Below are positions 9,715 to 18,647 of a DNA stretch of 64,000 nucleotides, piece by piece. How positions within the stretch are numbered: the stretch's first letter is position 1; the number at the start of each line of letters is the position of its first letter. This DNA comes from an uncultured Lentisphaeraceae bacterium. GTDB lineage: Bacteria; Verrucomicrobiota; Kiritimatiellia; RFP12; UBA1067. The notes under the pieces were generated by a model that worked only from the letters and a program-made list of their open reading frames with translations, did not search any database and was not told the origin of the DNA. The stretch covers positions 47,496 to 111,495 of the forward strand of contig CAZWQY010000005.1 of NCBI GenBank assembly GCA_964636295.1, written 5' to 3'. A program made the translations under genes and the position numbers.

Positions 9715-10877
9715 TTCTGGGGGACCTTCGTCGGAATCGTCTCGATGAGCGCGTCGAGCTGCGCGGAGAAGAGCATCGCCTCGCCCTGGATCTGCGCGTT
9801 CGGACTCTCGGCCAGGCTCTCCAGGGTCTTCTTGTACTTCTGGAGTTCCGCCACGATCTTCTTCGCCTCGCCCGCGTTCCTGCAGACGAAATCGTCGCGG
9901 CTCCAGAGCATGAGCTTCTCGAAGATCTTGCCGAGCGAGCCGAGTTCCTTGTTCTGCTTGAACTTCTGGTCGATAGCCTGCATCTTCTTCTTTTCGGACG
10001 GGAAGAGCTTCACGAGCGTCTGGAGGTCGTAGTAGGCCCGCGCCGGCGCCGCGTGGTGCTCCAGCCCGATGCGGAGCTTGAGGCCCGTCGCGTACTGGTT
10101 GAGCGCGTCGTACATGACCTGCGCCTCCTTCGCCTGCTCGGCGTCCTTCGACTTGATTCCCGCCGCGAGAATCTTCAGGGTCGCCGACGCCGGCTTGCCC
10201 TTCGCGACCAGGACCGGGACTTGCTTGTAGTACTGCGGCTCGCGGATGCCCAGCGGCAGCGTCCAGTCCGCCGGCAACAGCTTCTTCGCCTTGTCAACGG
10301 CCGCGCGCACGGCCTTGAAGTCGCCGGCCGCATACTTCTCCTTCGTGTAGAGCGGGTCTGTCCCCGACGCGCCATAGACGGCGACGTAGGGCAGCTTGTC
10401 GGCCGTGAGTTCGTCCGCGCCGACCGGCGCCAGGTCTTTGTAGAACGGCACCATGTTCTGCCCATAGACCACGTACTGCCCCGCGACGGCCGCCTCGGCG
10501 TCCTTCGGCGGACGGAGGGTCTGCGCGAACGACTTGGCGTCCGTCCCCTTCGCGTTGCGGACGGAGAAGACGACGATGCCGTCATGCGGCAGCTCGGCCG
10601 TCTCCCACTGCGTCGCATGGCCCTGCGGAAGCGGCATCAGGCCGGCCAGCGGCGCGAGCATCCGCACCTGGCCGGCAAACGCCTCGGCGTCCACCACGAC
10701 ATAGACGACCGTCCACTGCCGGAGGTCGCTCGGCGTAATCGTCCGCCCGAAGAGGTAGCTCTTGGGCGAAATCCCCGACCAGTCGACGAACCCGTCTGCG
10801 ACGGGCACGGGCGCGGCAAACGCCGACAGCCCCAGAAGACCCGCGCAGAGGACAAGAGAGCTCTTCAGCATGTTCAT
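9711..10877 (-). CDS. Exported hypothetical protein
   Basis: Signal peptide MNMLKSSLVLCAGLLGLSAFA. Codon style matches its neighbours. Stop overlaps the lepB GTG start. Confidence 0.8.
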   Translation of the reverse strand: MNMLKSSLVLCAGLLGLSAFAAPVPVADGFVDWSGISPKSYLFGRTITPSDLRQWTVVYVVVDAEAFAGQVRMLAPLAGLMPLPQGHATQWETAELPHDGIVVFSVRNAKGTDAKSFAQTLRPPKDAEAAVAGQYVVYGQNMVPFYKDLAPVGADELTADKLPYVAVYGASGTDPLYTKEKYAAGDFKAVRAAVDKAKKLLPADWTLPLGIREPQYYKQVPVLVAKGKPASATLKILAAGIKSKDAEQAKEAQVMYDALNQYATGLKLRIGLEHHAAPARAYYDLQTLVKLFPSEKKKMQAIDQKFKQNKELGSLGKIFEKLMLWSRDDFVCRNAGEAKKIVAELQKYKKTLESLAESPNAQIQGEAMLFSAQLDALIETIPTKVPQK

Positions 10878-10901
10878 GTGCGACGCCTTTCCCGGACGGC
10901 C

Positions 10902-12404
10902 TTACGCCCGGTAGTTCGGGGCTTCCTTCGTGATCGTGATGTCGTGCGGACGCGCCTCGCGCTGGCCCGCCGCCGTGACGCGGTAGAACTTGCCCTTTTC
11001 CTGGAGCTCGGCGACCGTCCGCGCGCCGCAGTAGCCGAGGGACGCGCGAAGCCCGCCGCAGAACTGCGTCATGATCGACTTGACGTGGCCCGCATACGGG
11101 ACCATGCCCTCGATGCCCTGCGGCACGAGGCTGTCCTCGTCCTCGTTGTCCTGGAAGTAGCGCGCGCGCGAGCCCTTGCCGTTCTTCAACGCCGCCATCG
11201 AGCCCATGCCGCGATAGACGACGTACTTGCGCCCGTTCGCGTAGATCTTCTCGCCCGGCGACTCCTCCGTGCCGGCCAGGACCGAGCCGAGCATGACCGA
11301 GTCGGCGCCGGCCGCGAGGGCCTTCGGCACGTCGCCCGACAGCTTGATGCCGCCGTCGGCGATGACGGCGACGCCGCTGCCGCGCAGGGCCTTCGCCGCG
11401 TTGTAGACGGCCGTCAGCTGCGGAATGCCGACGCCGCAGACGACGCGCGTCGTGCAGATCGAGCCCGGCCCGATGCCGACCTTGACCGCGTGCGCGCCCG
11501 CCTTCGCGAGCGCCTTCGCCGCCTCGCCCGTCGCGATGTTGCCGGCGATGACGTCCACCTTCGGGAAGTTCTTGACGATGTACTTCGTCATGTCCATGAT
11601 GCCCTTGGTGTGGCCATGCGCCGAATCGACGACGACGCAGTCGACGCCGGCGGCCGCGAGCTTCTCCATGCGCGAGAGGTCGCCCTTGCCGCCCGAAACG
11701 GAGGCCGAGACGCGCAGGCGGAACTTGTCGTCGCAGTTGTAGCCCGCGTTCGAGTTCTCGATGATGCGCGCGACGTCGGTGAAGCTGTAGAGGCCAATGA
11801 CGCGCCCGGCCTTGTCCACGAGCGGCAGCTTGCCGATCTTCGCCTTGCGCATGAGGTCGTAGGCCTTCTTGAGCGACGTCTTCGCGTCGCCCGTGATCGG
11901 GCAGGGCTGCATGACGTCCTTGAGCTTCATCGCGTTCATCGGCGCGAAGCGCATGTCGGACGACGTGATCATGCCGACGAGCTTGTCGTCCGCATCCAGC
12001 ACCGGGAAGCCGTTGAACTTGAGGCCCATGCGCCGCTTCTCGCTGCGGAGGAAGCTGATGTCGTCGTTCGCGTGGAAGCAGACGGGATTCGCGATCAGGC
12101 CGTTCAGGTGGTTCTTCACCCGCGCGACCTGCGCGGCCTGCTCGTCTTCCTCCAGGTTCTTGTGGATGCAGCCAATGCCGCCGGCAAGGGCCATCGCAAT
12201 CGCCATCGGCGCCTCGGTCACGGTGTCCATCGCCGCCGACATGAAGGGAATCTTCATGGACGTGCGGGCGGTGAGCTTCGTCTCGAGCGAGGTGTCGTCG
12301 GGCAGGAAGTCGGCATACTGCGTCACCAGCGTGACGTCATCGTAGGTCAGCCCTTCGTACGGAAAGGTCTTCATGAAAGAGTCAAGGTACTTGTTCATCT
12401 GCAT
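10902..12404 (-). CDS. guaB: IMP dehydrogenase with CBS pair
   Basis: [68 protein letters not shown]. Confidence 0.96.
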   Translation of the reverse strand: MQMNKYLDSFMKTFPYEGLTYDDVTLVTQYADFLPDDTSLETKLTARTSMKIPFMSAAMDTVTEAPMAIAMALAGGIGCIHKNLEEDEQAAQVARVKNHLNGLIANPVCFHANDDISFLRSEKRRMGLKFNGFPVLDADDKLVGMITSSDMRFAPMNAMKLKDVMQPCPITGDAKTSLKKAYDLMRKAKIGKLPLVDKAGRVIGLYSFTDVARIIENSNAGYNCDDKFRLRVSASVSGGKGDLSRMEKLAAAGVDCVVVDSAHGHTKGIMDMTKYIVKNFPKVDVIAGNIATGEAAKALAKAGAHAVKVGIGPGSICTTRVVCGVGIPQLTAVYNAAKALRGSGVAVIADGGIKLSGDVPKALAAGADSVMLGSVLAGTEESPGEKIYANGRKYVVYRGMGSMAALKNGKGSRARYFQDNEDEDSLVPQGIEGMVPYAGHVKSIMTQFCGGLRASLGYCGARTVAELQEKGKFYRVTAAGQREARPHDITITKEAPNYRA

Positions 12405-12464
12405 CCCCTTCGGGCATCACACGCCCTTTTTAACATGGAATTATACACTTTCTGCGCCGTTGAA

Positions 12465-13400
12465 TCAATGGGGCGCGCGCCGCGCCGCAAGGACGCCGGA
12501 GAGGACGACGAACGCCGTGCCGAGCCACTGGAGCGGCGTCGCGACCTCGCCGAGGCAGGCCCACGCGAGCGCCACGGCGAAGACCGGCGTGAAATAGGCA
12601 CTCACGCCGAGAACGGACATCGGCAGGTACTTCTGCGCGGCGTTCCACGTCCAGAACGGCAGCAGCGTCGAGACGAGGCCCAGCGCGGCGACCAGCCCCC
12701 ACGCGCCCGGCGTCGCCGGCCAGGCGAGGGACAGGAACGGCAGGGCCGGCGCCAGCACCGCCGCGCCCGCGAGCATCGTGAGCATCGTGAAGAGCGACGC
12801 GCCCAGGCGTGCGATCGGCTCGCGGCCATACACCGTGTAGACGCCCCACGTCGCGGCCGCCAGCATCACGTAGACGTCGCCCGTCGAATAGGACTCAAGC
12901 GCCAGACCCTGCGCCGTCACGACCTGAATGACGAGCGCGGCCCCGACAAGTCCGCAGACGAGCGCGGCGAGCTCCCACGCCGACACGCCCTGCGCCGGGG
13001 CCTGTCCCCGCCGTCCGAGGGCCTGTCCCCAGCCCATTTTCGCGAGGGAGACGAGAAAAATCATGATTGGCGTGAGCGCGTCCGCCATCGATGCATTCGC
13101 CGCGCTCACGCGCGCGCACCCCATGAAGACGCACCACGCCATGACCGTCGTGCCGACCGGCCCGAGCCAGAGGACGTCCCGCCAATCCCGCCGCGTCATG
13201 TGCCGCAGACGGGCGCGGGCCGACGGCTGCGCCGCCGTCCACGCCGCCATCACGCCGCCCGCGATCAGGAAGCGCAGGACGGCCAGAACTTCCGGCGAGA
13301 CATGGCACGTCTTCGTCAAGGCCGCGCCCACGATGAACGTGGACGCGAAGCCGGCGACCGACAGCACGGCCAGGAAAAGCCCAAGGACGAACTGCGGCAT
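12465..13400 (-). CDS. EamA/DMT family transporter
   Basis: About 10 hydrophobic helices in two repeats. LRFLIAGG, LLAATWGVYTV, PVFAVALAWACLGE. Confidence 0.85.
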   Translation of the reverse strand: MPQFVLGLFLAVLSVAGFASTFIVGAALTKTCHVSPEVLAVLRFLIAGGVMAAWTAAQPSARARLRHMTRRDWRDVLWLGPVGTTVMAWCVFMGCARVSAANASMADALTPIMIFLVSLAKMGWGQALGRRGQAPAQGVSAWELAALVCGLVGAALVIQVVTAQGLALESYSTGDVYVMLAAATWGVYTVYGREPIARLGASLFTMLTMLAGAAVLAPALPFLSLAWPATPGAWGLVAALGLVSTLLPFWTWNAAQKYLPMSVLGVSAYFTPVFAVALAWACLGEVATPLQWLGTAFVVLSGVLAARRAPH

Positions 13401-13406
13401 CCGCGC

Positions 13407-13973
13407 CTAGCCGAGAATCGCCTTCGCCGCCGCGAGCGCGCGACCGCGATGCGAAATCGCGTTCTTCTCCGCCGCCGTCAGCGCGGCGAACGACACCGTG
13501 AAGCCGTCCGGCACGAAGAGCGGATCGTAGCCAAACCCGGCCGCGCCCGACGGCGACTCGGCGATCACGCCGAAGCACTTCCCCTCGACCGCGTGTTCCG
13601 TGCCGTCCGGCGCGACGAGCGCAATCGCGCACGTGAAGTTCGCGCGGCGGTCGGCGACGCCCGTGAGGTTCTTGAGGAGAAGCGCGTTGTTCGCGGGCGT
13701 GTTCGACGGCTCGCCCGCGTAGCGCGCGCTGCGGACGCCCGGCGCGCCGCCCAGCGCGGCGACCTCCAGCCCCGAATCGTCCGCCAGACACCAGTCGCCG
13801 CGATGGCGCGCGGCAATCGCCCGCACCTTGATGCGGGCGTTGCCGATGAAGTCGGGCGCGTTCTCCTCGACGCCGGCGGGATCGTCGGGGACGATTTCCC
13901 AATCCGGCAGAATCGCCGCGATCTCGCCGACCTTGTGCGCGTTGTGCGTCGCGACAAACAGTTTTCGCTTCAT
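13407..13973 (-). CDS. rdgB: Non-canonical purine NTP pyrophosphatase (RdgB/HAM1)
   Basis: VATHNAHK, LADDSGLEVAALGGAPGVRSARY, GFGYDPLF, KNAISHRGRA. Confidence 0.93.
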   Translation of the reverse strand: MKRKLFVATHNAHKVGEIAAILPDWEIVPDDPAGVEENAPDFIGNARIKVRAIAARHRGDWCLADDSGLEVAALGGAPGVRSARYAGEPSNTPANNALLLKNLTGVADRRANFTCAIALVAPDGTEHAVEGKCFGVIAESPSGAAGFGYDPLFVPDGFTVSFAALTAAEKNAISHRGRALAAAKAILG

Positions 13974-14014
13974 GGAGACGCTTCCCTTTCCTCTTTCTCT
14001 TTTGTTGGGCGAAC

Positions 14015-15322
14015 CTACTTCTTCTGCCCTTCCGCCAAGTCACGGATGCGGCGCGACGTGCGCACGGCGCAGAACTGCTTGCCGCACATCGAGCAATGGT
14101 CATCGCCATGGTCAACGTCCGAAAGCGCGCGCGTCTTCAGCCAACGCGCCCGCGCGCGTTCGGGATCGAGCGCCGCCGCGAACTGCTCGTCCCAGCAGAA
14201 GGCGCGACGCGCGTCCGCCATCGCGTCGTCCTGCGCGCGCGCGCCCTTCAGGCCGCGCGCGACGTCGCCCGCATGCGCGGCGATGCGCGAGGCAATGCAG
14301 CCGCGATGCACCTCGTCGGCATCGGGAAGCCCCAGATGCTCGGCGGGCGTGACGTAGCAGAGGAGCGAAGCCCCGTAGGTCGCCGCCGCCGTCGCGCCAA
14401 TCGCCGAAACGATGTGGTCATAGCCGGGCGCGACGTCCGTGACGACCGGCCCAAGCACGTAGAAGGGCGCGCCCTTGCAGACCTCCTGCTCGCGCTCCAT
14501 GTTCATCTGGATCTGGTCAAACGGAATGTGCCCCGGGCCTTCGACCATCACCTGCACGCCGCGCGCGCGGCACCGCTCGACCAGCTCGCCCAAGACGTCC
14601 AGCTCCGCGAACTGCGCCGCGTCCGAGGCGTCCGCAAGGCAGCCGGAACGCAACCCGTCGCCGAGGGAGACGGTGACGTCGTGCTCGACCAGAATGTCAA
14701 GAACCTCGTCCCACTTCTCGTACAGCGGATTCTCGCAGTCGTTGGCCATCATCCATTCGGCCATGATCGACCCGCCGCGGCTGACGATGCCCATCTTGCG
14801 CTTCATCGCGAGCGGAATGGCCGCGCGCAGAAGCCCGGCGTGAAGCGTCATGAAATCGACGCCCTGCTCGGCCTGGGCGCGAATGACGTCCAGCAGGAAA
14901 GTGGGATCCATGTGCGGGATGTCGCCTTCGAGGCGCGAAATTGTCTCGTAGACGGGCACCGTGCCGAGCGGACGGTCGCTTGCGTCGAGCATGCCCTGCC
15001 GAATCGCCTTGAGGTCGTCCGACCCGACCGAGAGATCCATGACGAAATCGGCCCCCGCCTTGAGCGCGATCGCGAGCTTCTCCAACTCGTCGCCCTTACC
15101 CGAATGCGTCACGCTCCGGCCGAGGTTCGCGTTGATCTTCGTGCGGAAAAGCCGCCCGACACCCACGGGGCGCGCATTCGTGTGGTGGATGTTCAGTGGA
15201 ATCACGGCCTCGCCGCTCGCGACGGCGGCACGCACGGCCTCCGCGTCAACTCCCTCGTCTGCCGCGACGATCTTCATCGCCTCGGTCACAAGGCCCTTGC
15301 GGGCCGCCTGCAACTGCGTCAT
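14015..15322 (-). CDS. thiC: Phosphomethylpyrimidine synthase
   Basis: TKINANLG, MDLS, GTVPVYE, GVDFMTLHAG, SRGGS, SLGDGLRSG, VEGPGH, YVTPAEHL, CSMCG...C Fe-S motif. Confidence 0.96.
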   Translation of the reverse strand: MTQLQAARKGLVTEAMKIVAADEGVDAEAVRAAVASGEAVIPLNIHHTNARPVGVGRLFRTKINANLGRSVTHSGKGDELEKLAIALKAGADFVMDLSVGSDDLKAIRQGMLDASDRPLGTVPVYETISRLEGDIPHMDPTFLLDVIRAQAEQGVDFMTLHAGLLRAAIPLAMKRKMGIVSRGGSIMAEWMMANDCENPLYEKWDEVLDILVEHDVTVSLGDGLRSGCLADASDAAQFAELDVLGELVERCRARGVQVMVEGPGHIPFDQIQMNMEREQEVCKGAPFYVLGPVVTDVAPGYDHIVSAIGATAAATYGASLLCYVTPAEHLGLPDADEVHRGCIASRIAAHAGDVARGLKGARAQDDAMADARRAFCWDEQFAAALDPERARARWLKTRALSDVDHGDDHCSMCGKQFCAVRTSRRIRDLAEGQKK

Positions 15323-15327
15323 GTGCT

Positions 15328-15415
15328 TTCCTTTCCTCCGCGGGCATTACCCCGTTCAGGTTACGTCGGTCTTTTCTCAGCCGAAGCGCCCCTCGCGCTC
15401 CAGCACCCGAAGATT
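15328..15415 (-). ncRNA. TPP (thiamine pyrophosphate) riboswitch
   Basis: The minus strand reads TCGGGTGC...GGCTGAGAAAAGACCG...AACCTGAACGGGGTAATGCCCGCGGAGGAAAG, matching the THI-box core. It lies directly upstream of thiC, with -10 TGGTACAAT at 15422-15430. Confidence 0.9.
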
Positions 15416-15440
15416 TCGCATATTGTACCAAAAAACCGCG

Positions 15441-15920
15441 TCAGACGGCGACGTACGGGTCGCCGCAGAGCGAACAGATCGCGCCGTCATGCACGGGCGC
15501 GCCGCAGTTCGGGCAACGCTTCTCAAGAACTTCGCCGCAAAAGGCGCAGAACGTGCCGCCGACCGGATCGGCCTTCGCCCGGTCCGGCAAAAGGAACGTG
15601 CGGCCCTCGACCTCATAAGGATGGTTCGACGGACAGTGCGGATTCGGACAGAAGCCGCGCACGGCCTCCAGCGGCAGACGATGCGCGGGAAGCGACGGCG
15701 AGACGGCCGTCGGCTCTTCCGGCGGCGTCAGTTCGACGCCAAACTTCTTCGCGAGCTTTTCGATGACCTCGTCGTTCAGCTTCGTGCCGTCGCCCTGCTC
15801 GAACATGGAGAGCGCCGACTGCTTGCAGCCGACCTCGGCGGCCACGACGCTCTGCGAAAGCTTCGCCGCGCGCCGTGCCTCCTTGATCTTCAGGCAAACA
15901 ACTGGATTGAGTTCTGTCAC
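15441..15920 (-). CDS. XRE-family HTH fused to double zinc-ribbon-like Cys clusters
   Basis: IKEARRAAKLSQSVVAAEVGCKQSALSMFEQG HTH, then CPNPHC, CAFC, CPNC, CSLC. Confidence 0.85.
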   Translation of the reverse strand: MTELNPVVCLKIKEARRAAKLSQSVVAAEVGCKQSALSMFEQGDGTKLNDEVIEKLAKKFGVELTPPEEPTAVSPSLPAHRLPLEAVRGFCPNPHCPSNHPYEVEGRTFLLPDRAKADPVGGTFCAFCGEVLEKRCPNCGAPVHDGAICSLCGDPYVAV

Positions 15921-15928
15921 GGGCGGAT

Positions 15929-15957
15929 ATTATGGACTTTATTTTCCCGCCTGACAA
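15929..15957 (-). promoter_or_regulatory. Sigma70-like promoter of the XRE/zinc-ribbon gene (leaderless)
   Basis: TTGTCA-17 bp-CATAAT on the minus strand, ending 8 nt before the GTG start. Confidence 0.65.
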
Positions 15958-15965
15958 GGGGGCTG

Positions 15966-16046
15966 TTATCAACACTATCAACAGATTTATCAACTTGTAA
16001 ACAAGATTATCAACTTGTGAACACGAATTTGTTGATATGTTGATTC
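15966..16046. repeat. Dense array of 8 DnaA-box-like 9-mers
   Basis: Forward: TTATCAACA 15966, CTATCAACA 15975, TTATCAACT 15987, TTGTAAACA 15995, TTATCAACT 16007, TTGTGAACA 16015. Inverted: ATATCAACA 16030-16038, GAATCAACA 16038-16046. Confidence 0.75.
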
Positions 16047-16050
16047 TCTT

Positions 16051-16105
16051 TATCACAAACCATTTAAAAACCGCTCATTCGATTCTAACACGGAAAGTCC
16101 ATACT
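16051..16105 (+). promoter_or_regulatory. Pho-box-like promoter 1 (porin)
   Basis: Hexamers at about 11-bp period (TATCAC, TTTAAA, GCTCAT, TCTAAC), a 10-nt spacer, then CATACT. The 42-bp block 16076-16117 is nearly identical to 17527-17567. Confidence 0.65.
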
Positions 16106-16154
16106 CTGCGCCAGACAAACAACAAGAGATAAAAGTAAACGAAGCAAGAAGAAA

Positions 16155-17486
16155 ATGAAACGAAACAGCATAAAACCACGCACGTTCCTCGCCGCGTTCG
16201 CGCTCGCCGCCGCGACGGCCGCCGTCGCGAGCGGCACGAACGACCTTTCCGTCACGGCCGGTGCCGAGGTGCGCCTCCGTTATGACGTGACGGATCACCT
16301 GCCCAACGCCAAGCGCGGCGAAGCGGACGACTCCAACTACGCCCGCATCCGCATTCGTCCGTGGATTCGCACGACCTACGCGGACTACGGCATTTTTCTT
16401 CGGCTCTCGGACGAGTTTCGCCACTACAACCGCCCGGAATCGAATTCGTCCAAGCAACGCTGGCCGGACGTTCTCTTCATCGACAACCTCTACTTCACGG
16501 CGAACAGCCTCTTCGACGGCGCGCTTGACCTGAATGTCGGGCGTCAGGACATGGCGTTCGGCGCGAAGCGCATTCTCTCGGACGGCGTCGGCGGCGATGG
16601 CTCGCGCGCGGCGTACTTTGACGCGCTACGGCTCACCTGGCACGCGGACGAGGCGCGGACGCTCGACGCCTTCGCCCTCTACCAGGCGAAGAAGGACTGG
16701 ATGCCGACGCTCGGAAAGGAGCACGAGAACGGCAAGGAACCGCACGCCTATGACACGACGGGCTACAGACAGGACGAGTTCGGCGCGGGCCTCTACTGGC
16801 AGGATCGCGCGCACAAGGACTTCGGCTATGACGCCTACTACGTGGCCAAGCGCGAAATCCGCAACCGTGACTCAAAATACCGGAGCGAGGGCGGGCACGC
16901 CGACACGCACACGTTCGGCGTCCGCTTGCTGCCGCGCTTCAGCGAAACGCTGAGCGGCGAAGTCGAATTCGCCGGACAGGCCGGTTCGCACAACCTCTTT
17001 GCGGGACAAGCCTACGGCGGACTCACCTACGCGCCCAAGGCCGACTGCAAGCCGACGTTCACCGGCGCGTGCTGGGTTCTCTCCGGCGATGACGAAGGCG
17101 GACGCGGCAAGCACGCCTGGCACGCGGTCTTCAACCGCGAGACGGGACTGGGCGAATCCATCGCCCCGATGTACGAGAAGTACAACTACACGAACCTCAT
17201 CTATCCGCACCTCGCCTTCGGCTGCAACGTCGCCTCGTTCTCGTCCGTCAAGTTCCAGGCCGGCCCGATGTACACGGCCGTTCAGGAAGACGACGCCGGC
17301 AGCTTTCGCGGTCTGTATGCGCAAGTCAAGTACACGGTCAGCCCCGCCAAGCTCCTCGGTATCGATCTCCTGCACGGCGGCAAGTTTTCCCTGCAGGGCG
17401 AATACTTCGGCAAGGGCGACTACTTCAAGGACGGTTCCGACCACGACGCGCTCTTCGCCCGCGCCGAACTGGCCTGGAACTTCTGA
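16155..17486 (+). CDS. Outer-membrane beta-barrel, alginate-export (AlgE-like) family
   Basis: Signal peptide, RIRIRPW, LFIDNLYF, VGRQDMAFGAKRILSDG, FDALRLTW, amphipathic strands and C-terminal ARAELAWNF. Confidence 0.75.
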   Translation: MKRNSIKPRTFLAAFALAAATAAVASGTNDLSVTAGAEVRLRYDVTDHLPNAKRGEADDSNYARIRIRPWIRTTYADYGIFLRLSDEFRHYNRPESNSSKQRWPDVLFIDNLYFTANSLFDGALDLNVGRQDMAFGAKRILSDGVGGDGSRAAYFDALRLTWHADEARTLDAFALYQAKKDWMPTLGKEHENGKEPHAYDTTGYRQDEFGAGLYWQDRAHKDFGYDAYYVAKREIRNRDSKYRSEGGHADTHTFGVRLLPRFSETLSGEVEFAGQAGSHNLFAGQAYGGLTYAPKADCKPTFTGACWVLSGDDEGGRGKHAWHAVFNRETGLGESIAPMYEKYNYTNLIYPHLAFGCNVASFSSVKFQAGPMYTAVQEDDAGSFRGLYAQVKYTVSPAKLLGIDLLHGGKFSLQGEYFGKGDYFKDGSDHDALFARAELAWNF

Positions 17487-17501
17487 CGTCTGCCCGAATG
17501 G

Positions 17502-17556
17502 TTTAACGAACGTCTAACCCAAATGACATTCGATTCCAACACGGAAAGTCCATACT
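17502..17556 (+). promoter_or_regulatory. Pho-box-like promoter 2 (pstS)
   Basis: TTTAAC 17502, TCTAAC 17513, TGACAT 17524, TCCAAC 17535 (exact 11-bp period), a 10-nt spacer, CATACT 17551. Confidence 0.75.
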
Positions 17557-17590
17557 GTGCGCAGACACATAAGGAAAGGATGAACAAAAG

Positions 17591-18481
17591 ATGAACGCAA
17601 CAGCAAAGTCAATTCTCCTCGCACTCGGCGCGGCCGTGGCAACCCTGGCCGCCACGGCGGCAGAACGTCTGGAACTCAATGGCGCAGGCGGCAGCTTCCC
17701 GGCCCCACTCTACCAGAAGTGGGCCTACGCCTACACGCAGTCGGGACTCGGCGCAAAGGTCAACTACCAGTCCGTCGGATCCTCCGCCGGCATCAGCCAG
17801 ATCAAGGCCAGCACGGTGGATTTCGCGGGCACGGACGCGCCGCTTTCGGACGCCGCGTGCCAGGAAGCGGGACTTGAGCAGTTCCACATGGTCTCCGGCG
17901 CCGTCGTCCCAGCCGTCAACCTGCCGAGCGTACCGAACGGAAAGCTGACGCTCGACGGCGCGACGCTTGCGGACATCTACCTCGGCAAGATCACGCGCTG
18001 GAACGACGCGCGAATCGCGGCGCTCAATCCGTCGCTGACGCTTCCCGACCTGAAGATTACGGTCGTGCATCGCGGCGACGGTTCGGGCACAACGCACATC
18101 TTCACGACCTACCTCTCGTCCGTCTCGTCCGAGTGGAAGGCGCGCTTCGGCGCATCGACGCAGCTGAAGTGGCCCTGCGGAATGGCCGGGCAAAAGAATC
18201 CCGGCGTGTGCAACGCCGTCCGCCGCGTCAAGGGCGCGATTGGCTACACGGAATACACCTTCGCGCTGGAGTCAAGGCTGAATGTCGCTCGCCTCGCCGT
18301 GAACGGCAAGGTCGAGGAGCCGACGGCGGACGAATGGCCCATTCTCGGCAAGACCTACATCCTGACGCGCAAGGACACGCCCGCCGAGAAGAAGGCCGCG
18401 CTCAAGGGCTACTTCGACTGGTGCTTCGCCCACGGCGGCCCGACGGCCCAGCAACTCCACTACATTCCCGTCACGCGCTGA
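17591..18481 (+). CDS. pstS: Phosphate ABC transporter substrate-binding protein (shortened)
   Basis: GAGGSFPAPLYQKW, NYQSVGSSAGI, VDFAGTDAPL, VVHRGDGSGTT, GAIGYTE, WPI. Confidence 0.9.
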   Translation: MNATAKSILLALGAAVATLAATAAERLELNGAGGSFPAPLYQKWAYAYTQSGLGAKVNYQSVGSSAGISQIKASTVDFAGTDAPLSDAACQEAGLEQFHMVSGAVVPAVNLPSVPNGKLTLDGATLADIYLGKITRWNDARIAALNPSLTLPDLKITVVHRGDGSGTTHIFTTYLSSVSSEWKARFGASTQLKWPCGMAGQKNPGVCNAVRRVKGAIGYTEYTFALESRLNVARLAVNGKVEEPTADEWPILGKTYILTRKDTPAEKKAALKGYFDWCFAHGGPTAQQLHYIPVTR

Positions 18482-18517
18482 TTCACCGCGCGAGCAAGAC
18501 GGGTCAAATGGCCCTGC

Positions 18518-18554
18518 AAATTTCAGCCCTGCTGAAACAGCAGGGCTGAAATTT
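18518..18554. terminator. 17-bp perfect stem-loop after pstS
   Basis: AAATTTCAGCCCTGCTG-AAA-CAGCAGGGCTGAAATTT, with T/A-rich flanks on both sides. Confidence 0.7.
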
Positions 18555-18588
18555 TGAAAATAAAAAAGAAATGTTCTCATGCATCCCC

Positions 18589-18617
18589 TTGTATTTTCAC
18601 ATGATTTCAACTATACT
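18589..18617 (+). promoter_or_regulatory. Sigma70-like promoter of the dinJ-yafQ-type operon
   Basis: TTGTAT-17 bp-TATACT. SD GAAAGGA precedes ATG 18648. Confidence 0.6.
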
Positions 18618-18647
18618 ACACCAGTTTTCACGAAAGGACACTTGATT

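Noticed and set aside
5102-14357. Very long plus-strand ORFs (5102..8146, 10053..14357)
   Set aside because: They are antisense shadows of well-supported genes, Arg/Ala-rich and motif-free, as expected in high-GC DNA.
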